This document shows, in pieces, positions 9,271 through 17,900 of a DNA stretch of 64,000 bases. The stretch is from Patescibacteria group bacterium (GTDB lineage: Bacteria; Patescibacteriota; Minisyncoccia; Portnoybacterales; UBA2143). Location: contig JAHJSM010000001.1 in assembly GCA_018830295.1 (NCBI GenBank), forward strand, positions 65,980 to 129,979. Direction: 5' to 3'. Below the pieces are notes generated by a model. The model was not told where the DNA came from, searched no databases, and saw only the letters and a list, made by a program, of their open reading frames with translations. The position numbers were made by a program, and so were the translations under genes. How positions within the stretch are numbered: the first letter of the stretch is position 1; each line of letters begins with the position of its first letter.

Positions 9271-9289
9271 CTTTTCAAATGTCAATATT

Positions 9290-10975
9290 CTACCCCACCT
9301 CTTTAATATAACATCTTTTACAATAAATCTTCAATTCTTTTTGCTTGACTGGCGGGTAGGAGGTCTGTATTTCTTCACCACATTTGTCGCATTTAGTTTT
9401 CCAAAGTTTTGAAGGATTTCTTTTTTGGAACCTTTCCAACATTCTTTGATAGGGGCTCTTGGTTGGGATAGGTAAATGATGCTTTCTGTAAAAATCTAAT
9501 TCTGGTTCAATCAGACGAAATGGCTTGCCGGTAATTTCGCAAACAATCGCTTCGGGGATATCTACTAAATCAATGGGTATTTTGGGCTCATTATACCACT
9601 GCCATCCATTTTTTAAAACCTCGCTTTTTTTCAACGGAAATTCTATCATCGCGTAAGTGTTATTGTATGGATACAAACTCATTGATAAAGGAAAAAACTC
9701 TCCATATTCCCCGCCTTCAAGCATTTTTGTCTTGATTTTGTCCAACAATTTCCAGTATTCTTCTTTTGAATATTTTTTATTAAAAATATGATATTTCTTG
9801 CCGCGAAGTCCAACACAGCCAAAACAATGCTGGCAATTATGGCAAGCAATACAATACTCCAAATCAAGCGACTCCCGAACAAAGAAAGCGAATTTTAGAT
9901 TACTGCTGTTGACCGCTTCAACCGCTTCATAAGACAAAGAAACATTCGGTCCAACATCCCAGAGATCCATGCAATCTTTCGTCCCCGAAACCACATCTAC
10001 GCCGTAGCGGACATTTTCAACCCCGTAATCATTTCTGAAAACTTGATAACAATTTTTTGAATGCCACAATTGGTCGCCGACGCAATTAATATTTCTGCTG
10101 TCAAAATACAAATTTTGTCTGACAGTTTTTTTGAGCAAATCCTCAAATCTTTTTTTGTATCGTTCTAAAATATTCCTATCGCCCAAATTAATTTCTCTAA
10201 TTTTTTCTAAATATTCTTTTTTAGAATATTGTTTATTAAAAAAGCAATATGATTTATGCCTTAAATGCGTACAACCAAAACAACTCTGGCAATTGCGACA
10301 ATCGTAAAGAAAATATCCGTCAACACATTCTTCAGATCCGTGGCAAAAATGGCAGTTGTAAGAAGCGTAACAGTCAATCAATTCGTAACAATTCTCGCAA
10401 TGCGATGTGTTTAACAAGTCAAGGCAATCCTTAGAAGCGCCGACCCAGTAGGCATAATGAACATTTTCAAGACGCGCGGCGATCGAGACCAAATAGCAAT
10501 TTTTCAAATTAACGCCAGCGATTGTATAGGGGCTGTTAATCACGCCCTTCCAATAGTGAGTAATCGCCGGATGAGGAACGGAAAGATTTAAATTATCAAA
10601 TTGGTTAAAAAACGATTTTGAAAAATCGTATTCTCGGGCGCAGTCCTCGCCGCCCCATTGGTCCGACCACCAATATTTAAGGTCATAAATTTTATGACGA
10701 CTCTCTGGATGGAGAGTAGAAATAATTTCTTTGCCTGTCCGCGCGTCTTGTTTTTTGTAAAATTTTAGAACGGTGTTATAAAATCCGAACCTCCTTTGTT
10801 TTCGGCATTCAGGACACAATTTCGGAGGAGGAACCAGAAGTTTTTTGTAAAGCGCGATATCCTCTTTAAATATCTCAAACTTATTCTCGCATTGCTGACA
10901 TCTTACCTTTTGCGGTATAAAATTTTCTAAAATCCCCCCAAGCGCCTTATCAAAATTTGGTGTTGTGAATAACAT
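9290..10975 (-). CDS. large Cys-rich protein with internal duplication and terminal zinc ribbons, hypothetical
   Basis: 561 aa. An N-terminal ribbon (CQQC...CPEC) and two repeated modules are present, ending ...CRNCQSCFGCTHLRHKSYCFFNKQYSKKEY and ...CIACHNCQHCFGCVGLRGKKYHIFNKKYSKEEY. The C-terminal ribbon is CDKCGEEIQ...IYCKRCY. Confidence 0.5.
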   Translation of the reverse strand: MLFTTPNFDKALGGILENFIPQKVRCQQCENKFEIFKEDIALYKKLLVPPPKLCPECRKQRRFGFYNTVLKFYKKQDARTGKEIISTLHPESRHKIYDLKYWWSDQWGGEDCAREYDFSKSFFNQFDNLNLSVPHPAITHYWKGVINSPYTIAGVNLKNCYLVSIAARLENVHYAYWVGASKDCLDLLNTSHCENCYELIDCYASYNCHFCHGSEECVDGYFLYDCRNCQSCFGCTHLRHKSYCFFNKQYSKKEYLEKIREINLGDRNILERYKKRFEDLLKKTVRQNLYFDSRNINCVGDQLWHSKNCYQVFRNDYGVENVRYGVDVVSGTKDCMDLWDVGPNVSLSYEAVEAVNSSNLKFAFFVRESLDLEYCIACHNCQHCFGCVGLRGKKYHIFNKKYSKEEYWKLLDKIKTKMLEGGEYGEFFPLSMSLYPYNNTYAMIEFPLKKSEVLKNGWQWYNEPKIPIDLVDIPEAIVCEITGKPFRLIEPELDFYRKHHLPIPTKSPYQRMLERFQKRNPSKLWKTKCDKCGEEIQTSYPPVKQKELKIYCKRCYIKEVG

Positions 10976-12639
10976 TATTTCTTCCCTATCGCCTCGTCTA
11001 ATGTTTTTCTTAAATCTTTGAGATCAACTTTCACTCTTTTTTTTCTAAACGGGGTCGCTTCTTTTTTAAGAGCGTCCTCCAAAGAAACAGTTTCAAACTC
11101 TATTCCCAATTCTTTCAATTCTGTTTGCTGTCCTTGTTGTCGCGCTGGCTGTTCTTTTGGCCGTTCCGCGACTTGCGCTGTTTTGGGCTTAAAACCAAGA
11201 GAAACATTCTCGCCCGCTCTCACTTTTTCAAAACATGTTTTGCAGTAAATAGGTCTCTTACCGTCCGGCTCAAAACCAACTTCCGTTTCCTGCCCACAAC
11301 TCCAACAAGCGGTCTTATGCTTCGCTAAAGACGGCTCTTTTGACTCCTCCGCCGCCATACCACTCCACTTAATGATTTTTTCCTCAACCTCCTCCCGCGA
11401 ATTGGCGTATCTCTCTCTTGAAACGCCAATAATTTTATCCCTTTGACCCTTAACCCCATCCATCTCCATCGGCGGCAAAGTAGTCGCCGAAAAAGGACGG
11501 CTGCTAACTCCGTCTATCATTAATTTTAAATAGATATTATAATTTTCTAAATTAACCAAATCCTGAATCAAAAATTCCGGCGTAAATTCTTTTTCCAAAA
11601 ATTCCGCGTCAGCCGCGCCAACCCGAAAAGAAATAAGCGTGCCGACATTGCCAAAAACAGCGTCTCTGACCGTCGTCGTCGCGTCGCCTACTAATTGCCC
11701 AATATATTGATGGGCGATCGTTAAATTCAAACGATACTTTCTCGCCTCCGATAAAATATTGGCGAACGAATCGGTTGCAAAGTTCTGGAATTCGTCAACA
11801 TAGAGATAAAAATCTTTTCGTTCTTCTTCTGGAATTCTCACCCTCTCCATCGCCGCCAACTGAATTTTAGTAATAATCATCGCCCCCAGAAGCGCCGAAT
11901 TATCTTCTCCAATTCTTCCCTTAGCGACATTAACCAAAAGAATTTTATTGCTGTTCATTATTTCCGCGATATTAATCGTGCTTTTTGACTGACCAACAAT
12001 ATTGCGAATTAAAGAAGTTGAAAGAAACTGCCCAACCTTATTTTGAATTGCGGAAATCGCTTCATTTCTAAACTGTTCTTTCCAGCTGGCGTATTCGTTA
12101 ATCCAAAAAGACCGGACAACTGGGTCTTTAACATTGTCTATGATTTTTTGACGGTAATCTTTGTCAACCAAAATTTTCATAATCCCCAAAAGGGTCGTCC
12201 CAGGAGTATCCAAAAGCGCCAAAATACAATTACTCAAAATGTATTCCATTCGCGCCGACCAAACATTAGCCCAAATCTTTGTGAAAATTCCCATCAAGTC
12301 AGAGGAGACCAAATGCTTGTATTTAGGGTCTGATACCTGCAGAACATTAAAGCCAACTGGATAATCCATGTCTTCTGGATTAAAATAAATCACATCATTG
12401 ATTCTATGAGATGGAATTTTATCAATGACTTCCTCAACAAATTCTCCGTGAGGGTCAACAATACAAACTCCGTGGCCATTCTTAATATCCTGCAAAGCCA
12501 TATTTTTCAAAAGAACGGTCTTACCCACGCCCGTTTTTCCGATAACATAAGTATGCTGCCGTCGGTCAGGCGTCTTAATCCCAAAAACCTTCTCCCCCCC
12601 CCGAAAATTTGTCTTAGCAAAAATGTTTATATTAGACAT
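10975..12639 (-). CDS. VirD4/TraG/TrwB-like P-loop ATPase with C-terminal zinc ribbon and basic tail, paralog 1
   Basis: 554 aa. Walker A GKTGVGKT, DPHGE, Walker B LYVDEFQN and AHQYIGQL are present. The C-terminus carries CWSCGQETEVGFEPDGKRPIYCKTCF followed by a K/R-rich tail. Confidence 0.5.
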   Translation of the reverse strand: MSNINIFAKTNFRGGEKVFGIKTPDRRQHTYVIGKTGVGKTVLLKNMALQDIKNGHGVCIVDPHGEFVEEVIDKIPSHRINDVIYFNPEDMDYPVGFNVLQVSDPKYKHLVSSDLMGIFTKIWANVWSARMEYILSNCILALLDTPGTTLLGIMKILVDKDYRQKIIDNVKDPVVRSFWINEYASWKEQFRNEAISAIQNKVGQFLSTSLIRNIVGQSKSTINIAEIMNSNKILLVNVAKGRIGEDNSALLGAMIITKIQLAAMERVRIPEEERKDFYLYVDEFQNFATDSFANILSEARKYRLNLTIAHQYIGQLVGDATTTVRDAVFGNVGTLISFRVGAADAEFLEKEFTPEFLIQDLVNLENYNIYLKLMIDGVSSRPFSATTLPPMEMDGVKGQRDKIIGVSRERYANSREEVEEKIIKWSGMAAEESKEPSLAKHKTACWSCGQETEVGFEPDGKRPIYCKTCFEKVRAGENVSLGFKPKTAQVAERPKEQPARQQGQQTELKELGIEFETVSLEDALKKEATPFRKKRVKVDLKDLRKTLDEAIGKK

Positions 12640-12648
12640 AAAATAAAA

Positions 12649-14055
12649 TTACCCAATTGGTAGTCCCTTGGGGGGCTCGGCCTTTTTCGCTTCAACCTTT
12701 GGCACCAAAGGCGCTTTAACCGAGAAACTTGGATAATGATAAATCGTCGCCAGTTCCTCTATGCTTAAAACAAATGGTTTGCTCCTGATAAAAAACCAAT
12801 TTAAAACAGGAAACCGCTCAAATAAAAGCGGTTTAAAATATGAAATCACCTCCGAGTGCTGAACAAAATCTCTTTTTTTGTAATCGGCCAAAACTCTTTT
12901 CTTGCGATACGCCTCTCTGATTTTTTTGAATTGAATCGCGTAATCAATTTTAGTGGTTATTTTGCTGTTGGGCTTAAAACCATTAAGATTTTGGCTAGCG
13001 AATTGCTTATAACATCCAAAAACCGCCGCGATATTGGCTGGCCTAAAAGCTTCCTTCGGCGCCAAATACAAAAACCTGATAATTGTTTCGTATCCGATTT
13101 TTGATATATTTTCCTCAATCGCGTTAATGACACCCTGCTCCGCCTTGGTCGTTATCATTGAAAAGGGCTGTGGCTTCTCTTCTTTCTTTTCGCCCGCGCT
13201 CTCTCCCTCGCCGCCGCTAACCATTTTATTAGCTACATCAACAACCGCATCTCTCCACGCGGAAACTTCTTTAATGATTAAACTCTCTTTCTTCTTTTCT
13301 TCCCTCCCAATGAGTTTATCGCGCAATTTTTCGCCTGTTTCTTTCCATTTATCATCCACAGGTCTAACTAATGTTTGAATCCAAATCTGCTCCCCGTCCG
13401 ATATCTTATTCATCACTTCCAACAAAGAAGACATTGGGTCAACTCTTTGCTCCTCCGCTTTGGCTTCTTTTTCAAAAGCGGGATAGGTTTTAATTGGATA
13501 AGCGTCCTCTTTGGTTAAAATAAGTTCCGTCCCCCAAAGATCATAATTCTTGTTGGGAATATCAGAAGGAACAGAATTAACATAATCGTCAGTTTGCCTA
13601 ATCTCGGCTTCTGGATATTGCGCGTAAATATGCGCTTCAACCATATCGCGAAACGACGCGATAACCCTAATTAAAAAATGAATTTCTCCGCCCAAACTCA
13701 CAATTTCCAAACTAAACCATTTCTGAAATTCGCCTTTGATCTGTTTCTCTCGCCAGTTGGGACCGCCTTGAATCGCGTGCATGCCCGCGAAAAATTGCTC
13801 CATCGCTTGGGGAGTTTTTTGAACCTCGCGGGGAGGTCTAACTTCCAATAAAACCCATTCTAATTTGTTAACAAAATTTTGTCTTTGATGTTTAAACCAT
13901 AAATCCCTGGCAAGAATCAGAAGAAACCAGGGAACATAAATCCACCAGAGAGATAATAAAAACCCTCCAATTAGATAAGCGCCATTTAAGACAGTTAAAG
14001 AAATTTCTAAATAATTAGGCATAATCGCCGTAAAACTACAACTACTTCGCCACAC
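12649..14055 (-). CDS. hypothetical membrane-anchored protein (N-terminal TM hairpin plus ~400 aa soluble domain)
   Basis: 468 aa. The N-terminal hydrophobic segments are GAYLIGGFLLSLWWIYVPWFLLILA. It overlaps the upstream gene by 14 nt. A later start at MPNYL (14022) is possible. I could not recognise a family. Confidence 0.45.
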   Translation of the reverse strand: MWRSSCSFTAIMPNYLEISLTVLNGAYLIGGFLLSLWWIYVPWFLLILARDLWFKHQRQNFVNKLEWVLLEVRPPREVQKTPQAMEQFFAGMHAIQGGPNWREKQIKGEFQKWFSLEIVSLGGEIHFLIRVIASFRDMVEAHIYAQYPEAEIRQTDDYVNSVPSDIPNKNYDLWGTELILTKEDAYPIKTYPAFEKEAKAEEQRVDPMSSLLEVMNKISDGEQIWIQTLVRPVDDKWKETGEKLRDKLIGREEKKKESLIIKEVSAWRDAVVDVANKMVSGGEGESAGEKKEEKPQPFSMITTKAEQGVINAIEENISKIGYETIIRFLYLAPKEAFRPANIAAVFGCYKQFASQNLNGFKPNSKITTKIDYAIQFKKIREAYRKKRVLADYKKRDFVQHSEVISYFKPLLFERFPVLNWFFIRSKPFVLSIEELATIYHYPSFSVKAPLVPKVEAKKAEPPKGLPIG

Positions 14056-15064
14056 TATAAATATCGCCCTCTTTAGTAAAAAGCTGTCTATTCTGAAGAT
14101 TGATTAAAACAGTGTTTTTCTTAACTAAACGACTTTTAAGAACCTCATTCAAAATATCCTCCTTAGCCAAAGGTCCTTTATCCTTTAATGTTTGAATAAT
14201 GACATCTTTAATCGTGCCTGGCTGATAACCCCACTCTTTCAAAGCATAAGTTCCGCGGCCAACTAAAATAAAGCGAGCATCTTTAATGAGTTCGTTATGA
14301 ACTGTCTGCGCTTGAGCAAGATTAGTCCCCAATTTCGCTTCGTTAATTAAGTCCGCAACTTCTCTAAAATGCAATGGTCGTTTTTGGTCTTTGAAAACAA
14401 TATAGGCCTTGTCTTTGGCGCCGCGTGGATTAATTTCAGGCCATTTGCTTAAACCAAATCGTCCAAAATTATTTTGACTGATTTGCTTAGTCGCGTCGAG
14501 ATAAGAGCATAACACCTTTTTGTCTATCTGCGCGTTTGCTTCTTTAGAAAAATCAATAATATTATTTAATAAAACTGTCTCTTTGTTCCCTTCTATTCTC
14601 TCAACTAAATAGTCAACCACTAATTGCGCTTGCGACAAAGCGTCTTTAGAATTAACCCAAAGAGAATAAAATTTATCCGATTCAACTAATCGCTGATACG
14701 GATCGCCTAACGAAAGAATAAAAAAAACAGCTCCCTTAGAAGAATCGGGGGTCTCGCATCCAGACAAAGCGGAAAGCAACCGTTCTTCGCGAACGACTCT
14801 TCCTTCGCGATTAAAAAAAGCGTCAATTGAACGAAAGGCCGGCTTAAAAATATTGATTGAGGCGGGTCTTCTCAAGTCCGAAAGAGTGGCCTCTTCTATT
14901 TGGCGAACTCGCTCCCTGGTAATTCCGTAGTTCTTGCCAATACTTTCAAGCGTCTGTCGTTGTCCATCGTCCAAGCCAAAACGCAAACGAACAATCTCGC
15001 GCGTCCGATCATTAGAAACACCCTTTAAGGCGTCAAAGACCAATTTTTCATATTTAATGCTCAT
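14042..15064 (-). CDS. sigma-70 region 4 domain protein with C-terminal HARE-HTH-like domains
   Basis: 340 aa. REIVRLRFGLDDGQRQTLESIGKNYGITRERVRQIEEATLSDLRRP matches sigma70 region 4.2. The C-terminal DARFILVGRGTYALKEWGY and FGRFGLSKW resemble the HARE-HTH (RNAP delta N-domain) signature. Confidence 0.55.
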   Translation of the reverse strand: MSIKYEKLVFDALKGVSNDRTREIVRLRFGLDDGQRQTLESIGKNYGITRERVRQIEEATLSDLRRPASINIFKPAFRSIDAFFNREGRVVREERLLSALSGCETPDSSKGAVFFILSLGDPYQRLVESDKFYSLWVNSKDALSQAQLVVDYLVERIEGNKETVLLNNIIDFSKEANAQIDKKVLCSYLDATKQISQNNFGRFGLSKWPEINPRGAKDKAYIVFKDQKRPLHFREVADLINEAKLGTNLAQAQTVHNELIKDARFILVGRGTYALKEWGYQPGTIKDVIIQTLKDKGPLAKEDILNEVLKSRLVKKNTVLINLQNRQLFTKEGDIYSVAK

Positions 15065-15112
15065 ATATTTAAATTAAACCTACCACACTTTTTACCAGGT
15101 GTCAAATGGAAA

Positions 15113-15973
15113 TTACCTCCCCTTCCAAGAAACAATTAGCGAACTCGTGATAAAGATAGAAGAATATGTGCCGACAATAATGCCGACGATTAAAGCCAAC
15201 GAGAAATATTTAATACTTTCGCCTCCCAAGAAAAATATCGCCGACAAAACAATCAGAGTCGTCAGAGAAGTGTTCAAGCATCGCGTCAAACTTTGGTTGA
15301 CGCTTTGGTCAATTGTTTCTCCAAAATTATTCCAGTCGGTCTTCAAAAGATTCTCTCTAGCGCGGTCAAAAATAACTATACTATTATTAACAGAATAACC
15401 TAAGATTGTCAAGAAGGCGGCGACAAAAGGCAGCCCGATTTCAATTTGATTGAAATGCCCTAAGAGCGCGAAGAAGCCAACTGTGATAAAAACATCATGG
15501 AAAAGCGCGATAATCGCCACAATGGCGTACTGCCAAGAAGCGACTGGCTGGGAAACTTTTCGGAAGGCCCACGCAATGTAAACAATAATCGCGAAGAGCG
15601 CGACCACAATCGCCCAAAGCGCTTTACTTTTTAGTTCATCGCCAATGAGCGGCCCGATTGATTCAAATCTATCTTCTTTTGGGCTGCCTAATTTCTTGAG
15701 AATTTCCTGATGGGTCTCTTCATCAATTTCCCGAAGGCGCAAAATGACACCTCGTTCCCCTGTTGGTTGGATATTAATATCGGATATCTCGGCTAATTTA
15801 TCCTGAATTTCTTGGTTGCTCAACCGCGTCTCGGAAAATTCAACTTCCATCAATGTTCCGCCCGTAAAGTCAATTCCCAATTTCAAACCACAAAAAATCA
15901 AACTCGCCAAACTAACCAACATCAAAATGATAGACACAGAAAAATAAATTTTACGATATTTAATGATTTTCAT
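15113..15973 (-). CDS. secF: protein-export membrane protein SecF
   Basis: The start is taken at MKIIKYRKIYFSVSIILMLVSL (ATG at 15971-15973), just after the secD stop at 15984. The GIDFTGGT motif and multiple TM segments are present. The ORF-track N-terminal extension to 16024 overlaps secD and is unlikely. Confidence 0.8.
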   Translation of the reverse strand: MKIIKYRKIYFSVSIILMLVSLASLIFCGLKLGIDFTGGTLMEVEFSETRLSNQEIQDKLAEISDINIQPTGERGVILRLREIDEETHQEILKKLGSPKEDRFESIGPLIGDELKSKALWAIVVALFAIIVYIAWAFRKVSQPVASWQYAIVAIIALFHDVFITVGFFALLGHFNQIEIGLPFVAAFLTILGYSVNNSIVIFDRARENLLKTDWNNFGETIDQSVNQSLTRCLNTSLTTLIVLSAIFFLGGESIKYFSLALIVGIIVGTYSSIFITSSLIVSWKGR

Positions 15974-15983
15974 AATATTAAGG

Positions 15984-17432
15984 TTATCCCCAGATCTTTC
16001 TCTTCCCCTCCAATCGCCCCCCAATAAACAACCTTAAAAAACTCTTCGTCACAACAATCGCGCTAAACATACTGATAACAACCCCAATTCCTAATGTCAA
16101 AGCAAACCCCTTCACTAATCCTGTAGCGAAAATATATAAAATCAAACAAGTAATAATTGTTGAAATATTGCCGTCACGAATAGCCGACCAAGCGCGGCGG
16201 AAGCCCTCGTCAATACTGCCTCCCAGACCTTTGCCTTTTCTAAATTCTTCCTTAAATCTTTCAAATATTAAAATATTCGCGTCAACCGCCATTCCGATTG
16301 ATAAAATAAAGCCAGCGATGCCCGCCAAAGAAAGCGTGACTGGAATTAGTTTAAAAACAGCCAAAACCAAAGCGACATAAATAATTAAAGAGAAACAAGA
16401 AATCAAACCAAGTAAACGGTAATAAAAAATCATAAAAAGCAAAACCGCCAAAAATCCCCAAATCGCCGCTTGAAGCGATTTGTCCAAAGAAACCTGCCCC
16501 AAGCTCGCGCCGACCGTTTGCTGGCTAACTAAATTTATCGGTACGGGCAAAGCGCCCGCGTTCAATCGCTGGACCAATGTTTTCGCTTCTTCTAATGTAA
16601 AGTCACCCGTAATTTGCGCCTTACCTCCAGAAATCGCCTCTTGAACCATCGGCGCGCTAATCGCTTCTCCGTCCAAATAAATAGCCATTCTTTTCCCGAC
16701 ATTCTTTCTTGTTAAGTCCTCAAACATTTTGCTTCCCTCGTCGTCAAACTCCAAACCAATTTGCGATTGATATGTTTGCTGGTCAAACTGCATTTGAGCG
16801 CCCTCTAAATATCGCCCCGTTAAAAGCGTCGGCTTGAAGTATGGGTCCTCAAATAAAAGCGCTTGTTCCTCTTCGGTTATTTCCGTCCCCGCGTTAATTT
16901 TCGCGACAATTTCTTTTTGAGCGGCTAAAATATTTTCTGTTTCTGAACTATCTTTTTCCTCGCGAAAATCCAAAAAAGGCGTCTGACCAATCATTTCAAT
17001 CGCCTGATGAGTGTCCTTGATTCCCGCCAATTCAACAATTAAACGGTATCTGTCGCCCACCTTATTAATCTGAACGACCGGCTCAGCAACGCCAAAAAGA
17101 TTAACCCGCCTTTCAATCACATCGCGCGCGCCTTCCATTGAATCCATTCTGTCACCCGAAACGACATTGGAAAAATCCGCCTCGTAAATCAAATGCGCTC
17201 CACCCATCAAATCAAGTCCGAGATGAAATGGTTTATTATAAAAATGAGGCAGGATTGTTGTCCCCGCCTGATAATTAACCCAATCAGCGCCCTTGTCCCA
17301 AACATTGGGATAAATAAAAAAGCCCGCCAAAGCGCCCATAATTAAAATCAAAAAAACAGTCCAATATATTCTCCTTGAACCAATTTTTTTTCTCCGCGGT
17401 TTTTCGCTTGTATTTTTAACAAAAATCCCCAT
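15984..17432 (-). CDS. secD: protein-export membrane protein SecD
   Basis: 482 aa. An N-terminal TM segment, a periplasmic domain and C-terminal 6-TM RND-like region are present (LGLDLMGG, AGIAGFILSIGMAVDANILIFER). Confidence 0.85.
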   Translation of the reverse strand: MGIFVKNTSEKPRRKKIGSRRIYWTVFLILIMGALAGFFIYPNVWDKGADWVNYQAGTTILPHFYNKPFHLGLDLMGGAHLIYEADFSNVVSGDRMDSMEGARDVIERRVNLFGVAEPVVQINKVGDRYRLIVELAGIKDTHQAIEMIGQTPFLDFREEKDSSETENILAAQKEIVAKINAGTEITEEEQALLFEDPYFKPTLLTGRYLEGAQMQFDQQTYQSQIGLEFDDEGSKMFEDLTRKNVGKRMAIYLDGEAISAPMVQEAISGGKAQITGDFTLEEAKTLVQRLNAGALPVPINLVSQQTVGASLGQVSLDKSLQAAIWGFLAVLLFMIFYYRLLGLISCFSLIIYVALVLAVFKLIPVTLSLAGIAGFILSIGMAVDANILIFERFKEEFRKGKGLGGSIDEGFRRAWSAIRDGNISTIITCLILYIFATGLVKGFALTLGIGVVISMFSAIVVTKSFLRLFIGGRLEGKRKIWG

Positions 17433-17494
17433 AAAAAAATATTAAATAATTATTACCCCCAATCTACCTCATCACCGCTAATTTGTCAAAAAAA

Positions 17495-17525
17495 GGGGGC
17501 TGCCCCCGCAACGGGGGCAGCCCCC
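17495..17525. repeat. REP-B variant hairpin GGGGGCTGCCCCC-gcaac-GGGGGCAGCCCCC, terminator-like
   Basis: 13 bp stem. On the minus strand a run of U follows it (plus strand aaaaaaa at 17488-17494). It lies 3' of gene 17529..17852. Confidence 0.7.
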
Positions 17526-17528
17526 ATC

Positions 17529-17852
17529 TTAGTTCAAACCTAGCTCCCTTAAAATGTCATCCGGAATAAAAATCGGTTCGCCCTTCGGACTAATCCCCGG
17601 GTAACGCCAAGCCGAAATCATTTTTTTCTTCTTCCCGACCTGCTGATACATCAACCAAATCTCGCTCGGCTTCTTCGTGTCGGCGCGGCACATCAAAGCA
17701 ACCGTCTCCGGCGCAATCCCAACCTCGCTTCTCTGCGGACGCCGCAAAATCCGCCGCAACCGTCCCTCGCTAAGACGATAATACATCATCTTCTCCTTAA
17801 TATGCCGCGTCCAACAAATCTCCTTAGTGTCCTTCGGCCCCTCAAAAAACAT
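17529..17852 (-). CDS. hypothetical small protein, possible DUF4258-like
   Basis: 107 aa and basic. I have only a weak recollection of similarity to DUF4258. Confidence 0.3.
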   Translation of the reverse strand: MFFEGPKDTKEICWTRHIKEKMMYYRLSEGRLRRILRRPQRSEVGIAPETVALMCRADTKKPSEIWLMYQQVGKKKKMISAWRYPGISPKGEPIFIPDDILRELGLN

Positions 17853-17873
17853 AATATTTATTGTTAATGGCTA

Positions 17874-17894
17874 TTCGGCTATCGGATAGCCGAA
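17874..17894. repeat. REP-A palindrome TTCGGCTATCGGATAGCCGAA
   Basis: Perfect 21 bp palindrome lying 3' of the HD-domain gene. Confidence 0.8.
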
Positions 17895-17900
17895 TGATAT

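Noticed and set aside
15974-16024. N-terminal extension of the SecF ORF (MGGDWRGRERSGDNLNI...)
   Set aside because: The extension overlaps the secD 3' end. A canonical MKIIKYRK start lies right after the secD stop.
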